The notes: generated from the sequence alone by a model not told the origin. A stretch of 64,000 nucleotides of DNA from an uncultured Actinomycetes bacterium (GCA_963725665.1 CAVRZA010000011.1:96001-160000), one strand, 5' to 3'; counted from the stretch's first letter, positions 1 through 8,067 are shown. Numbers and translations: made by a program.

Positions 1-1059
1 CATCGGACGGCCTCCCGGTCTGCTTGCGAAGGCCGCACTCTCGACGTAACGGCGTATGCGCTCTCCGACCAGCCTGGCGACATCGGCGCCCCGGGCCGTG
101 GCGTCCCGCGGAGCGGCGGGGGTCTCCCGCGCGCCGGCCGGCGAGGCTTCTCGAGAGGGTCCGTCACCGGGGTCGATCCCGTGGCGAGTGACGACCTTGC
201 GCGCGCGACGGCCGCCGCCGGCCGGCGCGCAGACCGTGGGCGTATTGGGAAGCAGGATGGCGAACTCCTCACCGCCGTAGCGGGCGGCGAGGTCCACGTC
301 GCGGCGGACCTCCTGCAGGAGGACCCGGCTGATCTCGCACAGCACCTCATCTCCGATGGGGCGGCCGTGGCGGTCGTTCAGCAGCTTGAAGTCGTCGAGG
401 TCGAGCATGAGGAGCGAGAGGGGGATGCGGTAGCGCACGGAGCGTCTGAACTCCTGGCGCAGGCGCTCGTAGAAGTAGCGGCAGTTGTAGAGTCCGGTGA
501 GGTCGTCGGTGATGGCCTGGCGCTCGATCCTCTCATGAAGGCGAGCGTTCTCGAGAGCCACCGCCGCCTGGGTCGCCAGGATCCACACCAGCTCGATCTC
601 GTCGGCGCCCAGCTCGGCGCCGTCGCGGCAGCGGATGTCGATGAAACCGCCCGACTCGCTCTCGCGCGCGATAGGTGCGACTACGCGCGCCGATCGCCCG
701 CGGCGGCGCTGCACTGGGAGGCGGGCCGAGGTCGCCTCGCGCGCCAGCGCGTCGGCCTCGGCCCGCCTCCCCGACCGTCGCGTGCGGCGCCCCGTGGCGC
801 GGACGACGCTGAAGCCGCCCTCACCGTCGGGTATCCACACCTCGACGCTGCTCGCGCGGCCGCACAGGAGGCCCCTGGCCTCGACCGCCACGCGCGCGGC
901 CACGTCACCGACCTCGATCTCCGCGGCGATGCCTCGGCTCGCGGCGAGCAGGGAATCCAAACGTTGCCCGACAGCGGCGCCGACCTCCTCGACGGCGAGT
1001 GTCGAGGCGGCCGCGGCGGCGGTCTCCCGGAGGTTGTCCCGATCGGTTGTCTTCGCCAT
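1..1059 (-). CDS. GAF-GGDEF diguanylate cyclase (3' end runs off the window)
   Basis: Manual minus-strand translation from ATG 1059 (MAKTTDRDNL...) gives QAAVALENARLHERIERQAITDDLTGLYNCRYFYERL...MLDLDDFKLLND...RRDVDLAARYGGEEFAILLP. Not in the ORF track because it is open at the window edge. Confidence 0.9.
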   Translation of the reverse strand, partial: MAKTTDRDNLRETAAAAASTLAVEEVGAAVGQRLDSLLAASRGIAAEIEVGDVAARVAVEARGLLCGRASSVEVWIPDGEGGFSVVRATGRRTRRSGRRAEADALAREATSARLPVQRRRGRSARVVAPIARESESGGFIDIRCRDGAELGADEIELVWILATQAAVALENARLHERIERQAITDDLTGLYNCRYFYERLRQEFRRSVRYRIPLSLLMLDLDDFKLLNDRHGRPIGDEVLCEISRVLLQEVRRDVDLAARYGGEEFAILLPNTPTVCAPAGGGRRARKVVTRHGIDPGDGPSREASPAGARETPAAPRDATARGADVARLVGERIRRYVESAAFASRPGGRPM

Positions 1060-1134
1060 TGGCGGGCCCCGCGGTCGTGAAGCGGGTCTCTCCGGGTCCG
1101 TATCGGCTGCCCGGAGGCGCTGCTGTAGCCTTTC

Positions 1135-1320
1135 CAGGGGACGCAACGGGCGTTCCGGCGCCGGCGGAGCTAAAGTCGGGCGCCGTCGGCGCCGATAACC
1201 GACCTGGTACCCCCTTTGGGGGCGAGGCTCGCCGGGCCGCCTGACAAGGCGTCTCGGCGAGCCTCGCCCCTTTCCTGCATCCACTTATTCGTAGCTCCGC
1301 TTGTCAACGCCGCGCGCTGG
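1135..1320. ncRNA. Putative structured intergenic RNA (rod with central bubble, 6S-like) or terminator-containing element
   Basis: Nested complementarity: 1149-1154/1306-1311, 1164-1172/1292-1300 and a 16-bp stem 1219-1234/1255-1270 followed by TTT. Confidence 0.3.
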
Positions 1321-1382
1321 CGGGCCTTCCCGGCTTCTGCTACATTCGTCGTTGTGATGGGGAGGGGGCTCTAGGAGGGTTC

Positions 1383-1577
1383 ATGATCTACTCGGTGGTT
1401 CCTCAGGAGCTCGGCGACGACGTCTACGAGCGCCTCGTCGAGCACTACAAGGACAACCCGAACGTGATGGTCATCCGGGAGCGGCGCCAAGGGGAGCGCC
1501 GCAAGGGTCCCAGCACGGGCGGCGAACGCCGGCAGCGCGACCGCCGGCGGCAGCGGCCGGGCACCTTCGATCTGTGA
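1383..1577 (+). CDS. Small hypothetical protein with ERR/DRR repeats
   Basis: GGAGGG RBS, TGcTACATT -10 upstream, typical codon usage, overlaps the next start (GTGA). Confidence 0.75.
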   Translation: MIYSVVPQELGDDVYERLVEHYKDNPNVMVIRERRQGERRKGPSTGGERRQRDRRRQRPGTFDL

Positions 1578-2062
1578 CGCCAAGCGATCCTGAGGCGCGC
1601 CGACCCGCAGATACGCGCGTCGCGCTCTCGCAACTCATGCAGCCCGCCGACGCTAACTTCATGGGCGTGATCCACGGCGGCATCGTGATGAAGCTCATCG
1701 ACGAGGCGGCCGGCACCTGCGCCTACCGCTTCGCGCGCACGCGCGTCGTCACGGCGGCCATCGACCGCATCGACTTCCACTACCCGGTGCACATCGGCAA
1801 TCTCGTCACGCTCAAGGCGACCGTGAACCACGCCGGACGCACCTCGATGGAGGTCGGTGTGCGCGTCGAGGCGGAGGACCTCGACAGCGGCCGCGTCACG
1901 CACACCAACAGCGCCTACCTGGTCTTCGTGGCCCTCGACGAGGACGGACACCCCACCCCGGTGTCGCGCCTCGTCCCCGAGACCGACGAGGAAAGGCGCC
2001 GCTGGGCCGAGGCCGAGGCGCGTCGCGACGCTCGGCAGCGGCTGCGCGAGCCGGCCGACTAG
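1574..2062 (+). CDS. Acyl-CoA thioesterase (hotdog fold, YciA-like)
   Basis: DANFMGVIHGGIVMKLIDEAA; GRTSMEVGVRV; FVALDEDGHPTPV. Confidence 0.92.
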   Translation: MTPSDPEARRPADTRVALSQLMQPADANFMGVIHGGIVMKLIDEAAGTCAYRFARTRVVTAAIDRIDFHYPVHIGNLVTLKATVNHAGRTSMEVGVRVEAEDLDSGRVTHTNSAYLVFVALDEDGHPTPVSRLVPETDEERRRWAEAEARRDARQRLREPAD

Positions 2063-2126
2063 GCCGGGCGATCGCCCGCCGCTCGGGTGGACCTTCGCCT
2101 TGCGGGCATCGTCGCCGGGACGGCCG

Positions 2127-2963
2127 TCACGCCGTCAGCGGTGCAGGCCCGACCCCGGCGGACGCCTGCGGAGCGACGCCTTCGAGACGCAGCAGCTCGG
2201 CGAGCGCCGCCTGCGCCACGTCGAGTTGCTCGGGACTCGGGTCGCGCGTCGTGAAGAGCTTCTGGACCTGGACGCCGGGCGTGCGCAGAAGGCCGGCCAG
2301 CGGGTGCCCCTGGTGGCGGGCCATCCAGGCGAAGACCTCGACGGCCGAGCCGATGCTCACCAGCCCAGCGACGAGCACCGCCAGGGGATTCTTCTCTTTG
2401 CCGAGGCGCGCGAGGACCATGTTGCCCAGCGTGCTTGTCACGAGCAGCGGGCCGACCAGGTTGGAGCCGCAGCGCGCGTGCTCCTTGCTCGCCTCGTCGG
2501 CGGCGATGCCGGCCTCGTAGCCGCCCACGCTCATGTGCTCGGCGCCGTGCATGCGCGACAACTCGGAGTCGCGGATGGCGAGCAGCGCCGGCCCCAGGGT
2601 GAGGGCGGCGACGGCCAGCTCGCGCAGGAGCGGCGAACCCTTGCCGCTCCTGCGCAAGAGCAGCGTCGCCGCCGCGCTGCCCGCCGTCGCCGCGAGCAGC
2701 CGGGGATCCTCCTGGGGGAGCACCGGGAGCCCCATCTCGCGGCGCAGACTCGGCAAGACGGCGGCGGCTTCGCCCAGGCGCATCACCCCGCGGGCGACGG
2801 GCACGTGTGCCAGCATCCTGCTCCCGGGAGGGTGGTTCCTGAGCCCCGAACGAACGCGCAGCGTCCCGTCGGGCAGGCGTACCGCCGCCGCCCAGTGACG
2901 CTCGCTCTGCAGAAGGACGCCGTCTCGCAGCGCCATGCCGCCCAGGACGAGATCAGCCTGCAT
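2127..2963 (-). CDS. DUF1385 family protein
   Basis: LGGMALRDGV, PVARG, MHGAEH, HARCGSNL and QKLFTTRDP motifs; start placed at MQADLV behind a GGAGGA RBS. Confidence 0.8.
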   Translation of the reverse strand: MQADLVLGGMALRDGVLLQSERHWAAAVRLPDGTLRVRSGLRNHPPGSRMLAHVPVARGVMRLGEAAAVLPSLRREMGLPVLPQEDPRLLAATAGSAAATLLLRRSGKGSPLLRELAVAALTLGPALLAIRDSELSRMHGAEHMSVGGYEAGIAADEASKEHARCGSNLVGPLLVTSTLGNMVLARLGKEKNPLAVLVAGLVSIGSAVEVFAWMARHQGHPLAGLLRTPGVQVQKLFTTRDPSPEQLDVAQAALAELLRLEGVAPQASAGVGPAPLTA

Positions 2964-3115
2964 GCCGTCCTCTTCTTCTTTCAACGTCTCGTCTCCTCGT
3001 GTTGACGGGCCTTCGCGCCTTGGCCCATTATGCCCGCAAAGTAGTCGATCACCGCGGCCGGCGCGCAACTCCCGCCCAGCGCTGCGGCGGACGCGCTCTG
3101 CGAAAGGGGCTCGAC

Positions 3116-3334
3116 GTGTGCAGCTTTCCCCATATCGCCGAACGGGCGCAGCACTTGAGCGCCCTCACGGCACCGCTGGCGGCCGAGGAGGCGGTCGAGC
3201 TCCTTTGCAGCGACTGCCCCTTCTACCATCCCGACCGCGAAGAGCAGCTCGAATGCGGCAGCTTTCTCATCCTCAAGCGGCTGCTCGAGCGCGGGGCGCT
3301 CACGCCGGCGCAGATCGTCGCCGCGTGCCGCTGA
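3116..3334 (+). CDS. Small Cys-containing protein (CxxCPFY...ECG), accessory gene of the radical SAM cluster
   Basis: GTG at 3116 after AAAGGGG; LCSDCPFYHPDREEQLECGSFLILKRLLERG. Confidence 0.7.
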   Translation: MCSFPHIAERAQHLSALTAPLAAEEAVELLCSDCPFYHPDREEQLECGSFLILKRLLERGALTPAQIVAACR

Positions 3335-3365
3335 CGCGCCCGGGTACCCCGCCGCGCTCAACGAC

Positions 3366-4571
3366 GTGGACTCCAGCGCGACCATCCCACCGGCGCCCGA
3401 TCCGACCGTCTACCTCTCTCCCGACGCGTCGCTGAAGCGGCTCGAGGCGCCGTACCTCTACCACCGCGGCAAGGACGACCTCTACGAGCTGACTGCAGAG
3501 GCGTTCGCGTTCATCGAGCGCCATCGCGGCCGCCTCCCCTCACGAGAGACCGAGCCGGAGTTCCTCGCGACCTGCCTCGACGAGGATCTCCTTACGTGGC
3601 GCGAGCCGTCCTCCGGGCCGGAGCTTCGGGTGGCATCGGGAGAGCGACCGTCGCTGCGCTACCTGCTGGTGCACCTCACGGGTCGCTGCAACCTGCGCTG
3701 CGCGCACTGCTACGCCTCGGAAGCTGGGGAGGACGACCTGCCCTTCGATGCCGTATGGCACGCGTTCGCGGAGTTCGAGGAGGGCGGCGGCCTGCGGCTC
3801 CTGCTCTCCGGAGGGGAACCTCTGCTCCATCCGGACTTCTCGCGCATCGACGAGTTGCTGCCCGGCCTGAACGTGCGCACCGTGCTGCTTACCAACGGCA
3901 CCCTCCTCACCTCAGCCCGCGCGCGGCGCCTGCACGTGCATGAGGTGCAGGTCAGCCTCGACGGCATGGAGGAGAGCCACGACGCGCTGCGTGGTCCCGG
4001 GTCCTTCGCCCGCGCACGACGGGGCCTCGAGGCGGCCCGCGAGGCCGGTCTGCAGATCAGCGTCGCCTCGACGGTGAACGCTCTCAACCTGCGCGACTTC
4101 GACCGTCTCGCGGCTCTCGTCGAGGCCCTCGACGTCTGGCAGTGGACGATCGATGTGCCGTGTTCGGCCGGACGCATGGCGCAGCGGCCGCGACTCGAGG
4201 CGCCACCGGCCGAAGCGGCCAAGGTCCTCGAGCGCGGCTTCGCCTCGGGCACGCACGGAGACACGTTCGACTACCTCTGCGGCGCCCACCTCGCCGCGAT
4301 CATGCCCGACGGTAGGGTCGGCAAGTGCGGGCTTCTTCCCGATGAAGGAGGCGGACGCCTCGACGACGGCCTCGCGGTCGCGTGGCGACGCATACCCCAC
4401 CGCACGACCGGCTCGCTCGGGGAGATCTGTCGCTCGTGCCGCATCCTCGAGGACTGCCACGGCGGCTGCCGCTTCAGGGCTGGAGGCGCCCAATCACTTG
4501 CACCCGACGTCATACAGTGCTATCGGTATGGAGTCCTGGAAGCAACCGGGAGGAGGTGGTGCCGTTCATGA
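3366..4571 (+). CDS. Radical SAM/SPASM peptide maturase with N-terminal RRE/PqqD-like region
   Basis: CNLRCAHC, SGGEPLL, SPASM Cys pattern (CGAH...GRVGKC...CRSC...CHGGCR...C); about 90-aa N-terminal extension. Confidence 0.88.
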   Translation: MDSSATIPPAPDPTVYLSPDASLKRLEAPYLYHRGKDDLYELTAEAFAFIERHRGRLPSRETEPEFLATCLDEDLLTWREPSSGPELRVASGERPSLRYLLVHLTGRCNLRCAHCYASEAGEDDLPFDAVWHAFAEFEEGGGLRLLLSGGEPLLHPDFSRIDELLPGLNVRTVLLTNGTLLTSARARRLHVHEVQVSLDGMEESHDALRGPGSFARARRGLEAAREAGLQISVASTVNALNLRDFDRLAALVEALDVWQWTIDVPCSAGRMAQRPRLEAPPAEAAKVLERGFASGTHGDTFDYLCGAHLAAIMPDGRVGKCGLLPDEGGGRLDDGLAVAWRRIPHRTTGSLGEICRSCRILEDCHGGCRFRAGGAQSLAPDVIQCYRYGVLEATGRRWCRS

Positions 4572-4633
4572 AGATCAAGAAGGTGGCCCGAGGAAAGGCG
4601 GCGCTGCACTGCAAGTGCAGCTCGAGCTGCTGA
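4568..4633 (+). CDS. Putative RiPP precursor peptide MKIKKVARGKAALHCKCSSSC (21 aa)
   Basis: Strong GGAGGAGGT RBS, ATGA overlap with the radical SAM stop, Lys-rich leader plus Cys/Ser core, terminator directly downstream. Confidence 0.75.
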   Translation: MKIKKVARGKAALHCKCSSSC

Positions 4634-4675
4634 ACCAGCTCTGAACGGAAGCCGCTTCCTCACAGGCGACTTTCG

Positions 4676-4715
4676 AGGGGCGGGGGTGTGCGGACAAGGC
4701 ACCCCCGCCCCTTTT
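4676..4715 (+). terminator. Rho-independent terminator closing the radical SAM-peptide operon
   Basis: AGGGGCGGGGGTG...CACCCCCGCCCCT stem followed by T-tract. Confidence 0.85.
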
Positions 4716-4898
4716 GTCTCGTGTCGAGCGCCCACTGCTGGTGTCGCTGGTTCGGCAAGGCGCCGGATTGCGAACCGCGCGCGTCTCGGCGCGGCCGGCG
4801 CGCTGCCGAGGCGTCGGCCCGCGCCGACACGCGCGCCGACGCATGAGGCGCCGAGTGGCGATAGGATGACCGCGACGATCAACGAGAAGGGGGAGACG

Positions 4899-5195
4899 AT
4901 GGGCACGTTCGACAAGTACCTCGACAAGGCCGGCAGCATGGCCAGCGGGCTCGCCGGTCAGGCCGAGAAGACCGGCCGTGTGGCTCAGGCGCAAATCAAG
5001 CTGCGCTCGCTGCAGGGTGAGGCCAAGGACGCCAACGCCGAGCTTGGCGCGCTCGTGGCCGGACTCGTCGAGCGTGGCGAGCTCTCGCACCCGGAGCTAG
5101 AGTCGGCGCTCGACAAGGCCCGGGCCGCCGCAGCGGTCGTGCGCGAGAAGGAGGAGGAGATCGCGCGCCTCAAGGCGGAAGGTAAGTCGGACTAG
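4899..5195 (+). CDS. Hypothetical coiled-coil protein
   Basis: GGGGAG RBS; MGTFDKYLDKAGSMASGLAGQAEKTGRVAQAQIKLRSLQ..., helical heptad pattern. Confidence 0.7.
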   Translation: MGTFDKYLDKAGSMASGLAGQAEKTGRVAQAQIKLRSLQGEAKDANAELGALVAGLVERGELSHPELESALDKARAAAAVVREKEEEIARLKAEGKSD

Positions 5196-5254
5196 CACAC
5201 ACGCCGTTTGGCGTCCGACGCGTCTGCTACGCTGGCGGCGAGCAAAGGAGACCC

Positions 5255-6385
5255 GTGCATCCCACCGAGCAGGCGCTCACCAAGGCGCCGTCAGACTACG
5301 CCGCGAAGCTCGCCGAGAACGAGCCGTTCGACTCCTACTTCGTGTGCCTGCAGCCCGAGCGCGGCGCCAAGAGATCCGGCGAGCCCTTCCTGCGCATGGG
5401 CCTGCGCGACGCCTCCGGCGACGTCAAGGCGATCTGGTGGCAGCCGACCACCGAGGCGCTCGAGGGCCTGCGCCACGGCGATGTCGTCAAGGTGCGCGCC
5501 GCCTTCAGCGCAACTGGCCAGTACGGGCCGCAGGTCAAGATCGAGCGCCTGCGCGTGCTCGAACCCGGCGAGTACGATCCCGCCTGCCTGATCCCCGTCT
5601 CGCCGATCGACCCCGACGAGCTCAGCGACCGACTGCGGTCTCTCGTCGAGTCGGTCGCCGATCACAGCCTGCGAGCACTGCTCGAGCGTGCGCTCGACCC
5701 CGAGCGCGAGCCCGGGGCCACCTTCGTCGTCGCTCCGGCGGCGGTGCGCAACCACCACGCCTACCGCCACGGTCTGCTCGAGCACTCCGTCGTCGTAGCC
5801 GAGGTCGCGGCCACGGTGACGGCCAGCTTCCCCGGCATCGACCGCGACCTCGTCGTCGCCGGCGCCCTGCTGCACGACATCGGCAAGACGCTCACCTACT
5901 CCTGCGATCCCCTGGCGCCGGGCTTCACCGACGTCGGGCGCCTGCACGGCGAGATCGTCATCGGGCATGACCTCGTGCGCGATCTCATCGCCGAGATCCC
6001 CGCGTTCAAGCCCGAGCTCTCGGCGCGGCTGCGCCACGTGATCGTGTCCCATCACGGCGAACGCGAGAAGGGCAGCCCCGTAGTCCCCATGACTCGCGAG
6101 GCGATCATCGTCCACTTCTGCGACGACATGACGGCCCGCATCTCCGCCTGCGACGACGCCGAGCGCGCCAGCACGCGTGACGCCCGCTGGTCCGGCTTCA
6201 ACAAGATGCTCGACGCCTTCGTCTACATCGGCGAACGTAACGGCGAGTCCACAGACGACGAGGTCGATGGCGAGGCTACCGATCCGTCGTCCAACGGCGG
6301 CGCGGCGGGCGGCGGGTTCACCAGCGACCGGGCGGCGACAGAGCGAGAGCGTGCCGAGTCCGACGACGGACCCGAACTGTTGTGA
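5255..6385 (+). CDS. yhaM: OB-fold + HD-domain 3'-5' exoribonuclease (YhaM/Cbf1 family)
   Basis: APAAVRNHHAYRHGLLEHS, LLHDIGK, SHHGEREKGSP; N-terminal OB fold. Confidence 0.88.
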   Translation: MHPTEQALTKAPSDYAAKLAENEPFDSYFVCLQPERGAKRSGEPFLRMGLRDASGDVKAIWWQPTTEALEGLRHGDVVKVRAAFSATGQYGPQVKIERLRVLEPGEYDPACLIPVSPIDPDELSDRLRSLVESVADHSLRALLERALDPEREPGATFVVAPAAVRNHHAYRHGLLEHSVVVAEVAATVTASFPGIDRDLVVAGALLHDIGKTLTYSCDPLAPGFTDVGRLHGEIVIGHDLVRDLIAEIPAFKPELSARLRHVIVSHHGEREKGSPVVPMTREAIIVHFCDDMTARISACDDAERASTRDARWSGFNKMLDAFVYIGERNGESTDDEVDGEATDPSSNGGAAGGGFTSDRAATERERAESDDGPELL

Positions 6386-6493
6386 TCCTCAAGTTCGTCT
6401 TAGCCGTCGTGTTCATCCTGCTCGCGTGGCGCCTCTGGCGCTCCTACACGCGCATGCAGCCGCCGCGCCGCTGATACGGCAAGCAGCCGGCTG

Positions 6494-6937
6494 TCACCCC
6501 CAGATCGCCCGCGCGTCCGCAAGCACGCGCGCCGCGTGTCCCTTCGCCTTGACTTTGTCGTAGACCTTGCGCACGGTGCCGTCGGCGTCGATCAAGAAGG
6601 TCGAGCGCTTCGCGCTGCCCACCAGACCGCCGACCTCGAAGGCCCGCGTGACCTCGCGATCGGGGTCACTTACGAGCGGAAAGCCCAAGCCGTACTTGCC
6701 GGCGAAGCGCTCGTTGGCGGCCGGCTTGTCGACGCTGGCTCCCACCACCTGCAAGCCCAACGCCGCGAACTCGCCCAGGAGGCCGTTGAACTCAACGGCT
6801 TCCGTCGTTCACCCCGGGGTGGAGGCCTTGGGGTAGAAGTAGAGCACCGTCGGCTTGCCGGGCGCCCCCAGGTCGATGATCGTGCCGTCGTAGGCGGCTG
6901 CCCTCACCGAAGGCGCCTTGTCCCCAGCCTGTATCAC
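6494..6937 (-). CDS. bcp: Selenocysteine-containing peroxiredoxin (Bcp/PrxQ family), copy 2; Sec at codon 43 (TGA 6809-6811)
   Basis: One frame from GTG 6937 (GGAGGAGG RBS): VLYFYPKASTPG-TGA-TTEAVEFNG...GASVD...FPLVSDPD...RSTFLID. TGA sits exactly at the peroxidatic Cys position. Confidence 0.9.
6778..6803 (-). promoter_or_regulatory. Bacterial SECIS-like hairpin
   Basis: GGAAGCCGTTG-AGTT-CAACGGCCTCC; apical loop starts 16 nt after the UGA and contains GU. Confidence 0.8.
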
Positions 6938-7058
6938 GGTCGCCTCCTCCAGACCCGCTGATCGCCCACGCGGCCGCCACCACCGCACCGGCCCGCCTCC
7001 TGATGTGAAGTCGGGGTGCGCGGCGCGCCCCGCGCCCGTCGGCACGCCAATCCTACCG

Positions 7059-7532
7059 CTAGAAGCCGGTCTCCTCGTTGGGGACCGGCCACTCCCAGAT
7101 CTCGCGCACCGTCTCGAGCACGGCCGACGCGTGACCGCCCGGGTCGACGTCGGTCCAGACGTGCTGAACGACACCCTCGCCCAGCAAGAAGGTCGTCCGT
7201 CTCGCCTTTCCCCCCGGCTCCTTCAGGACTCCGAAGACCTCGCTCAGGCGCCGCTCGGAGTCGCAGACGAGGGTCATGTTGAGGCCGTACAGCTTCGCGA
7301 AGGCGCGGTTGACCGCGGGGGTGTCCACGCTCGCGCCGATGACCGCCACGTCGAGCGCCGCGTACTGGTCGAGGAGGCCGTTGAACTCAACGGCTTCCTT
7401 CGTTCAGCCGGACGTGGAGGCCTCGGGATAGAAGAAGAGGACCGCCTTGCGGGCGAAGGAGCCGAGGTCGAGCACCCCTCCGTCGCAGGTCGAAGCCCGC
7501 ACCGCCGGGATCCTGTCACCCGCCTCGATCAC
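7059..7532 (-). CDS. bcp: Selenocysteine-containing peroxiredoxin (Bcp/PrxQ family), copy 1; Sec at codon 43 (TGA 7404-7406)
   Basis: GTG 7532 (GAGGAGG RBS): VLFFYPEASTSG-TGA-TKEAVEFNGLLDQY...GASVD...RRTTFLL, in frame with ORF 7059..7349. Confidence 0.9.
7373..7398 (-). promoter_or_regulatory. Bacterial SECIS-like hairpin (identical to the one at 6778-6803)
   Basis: Same 26-nt GGAAGCCGTTGAGTTCAACGGCCTCC at the same distance from the UGA. Confidence 0.8.
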
Positions 7533-7552
7533 GTCGACCTCCTCTCACGGGG

Positions 7553-7900
7553 TCAGGCAGGGCGCGGCACGCCGGGGTCGCGCGGTTCGCCGAGAGCATC
7601 GTCGCGAAACGAGCCGCAAGCGCACTGACCGGACACCAGTCGCGGACCCCTCACGCTGAAGGCGCCACGCGCGTCGTCGTAGTCGAACTCGGCGTCACCG
7701 AAAAGCTCGGCGCTCGCCTCGTCGACGACCACCAAGGTGCCCTCACTCTCGCTCACAATGTCCCCGGGCTGCGTCGTGTCGACGAACTCAAGCACGTAGC
7801 GCAGCCCGGCGCAGCACGACGACACGCGCAGCATCTCGCCGTCGGCGTCGCTCCTCATCTCACGCAGCCGGCCGGCGGCGCGCTGCGTCAACGAGATCAT
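7553..7900 (-). CDS. HesB/IscA-like Fe-S carrier family protein
   Basis: MISLTQRAAGRL...CCAGLRYVLEF...GDIV...VVVDEASAELFGDAEFDY...CACGS; GGAGGAG RBS. Confidence 0.8.
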   Translation of the reverse strand: MISLTQRAAGRLREMRSDADGEMLRVSSCCAGLRYVLEFVDTTQPGDIVSESEGTLVVVDEASAELFGDAEFDYDDARGAFSVRGPRLVSGQCACGSFRDDALGEPRDPGVPRPA

Positions 7901-8067
7901 CGCTCTCCTCCGTCGCAGATGACGACCCCGGTCACCGCGCCGGCGTCGCGACCGGGCGCGCGGGCCGTCTGCCGTGCCTATTGCCAGGGCGGCGCCGATC
8001 GAAACGGCCGCCCCGAGAACCGAGAGTAGACTGACAGTCGGCGTCCGGCCCGACAGAGGAGCGACCC

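Noticed and set aside
181-1080. Long plus-strand ORF of 299 aa, and similar long antisense ORFs such as 28969-30780, 48319-50106 and 55916-57514
   Set aside because: Shadow ORFs of real genes on the opposite strand or another frame, expected in high-GC DNA; no motifs or RBS.
1137-1213. c-di-GMP-I (GEMM) riboswitch, suggested by GGGACGCAA next to a cyclase
   Set aside because: The GCAAAC/GAAA-tetraloop P2 and the tetraloop-receptor P3 elements could not be identified by eye.
4631-4670. Selenocysteine read-through of the precursor peptide's TGA (…SSSC-TGA), tempting because the genome appears to use Sec and TGAACGGAAGCCG at 4642 resembles the peroxiredoxin context
   Set aside because: The downstream hairpins have loops (CCG or CCTCAC) without the apical G seen in the two clear SECIS elements, the second TGA is out of frame, and read-through would run through the terminator. 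Worth rechecking only if reads reveal an indel at 4637-4642.
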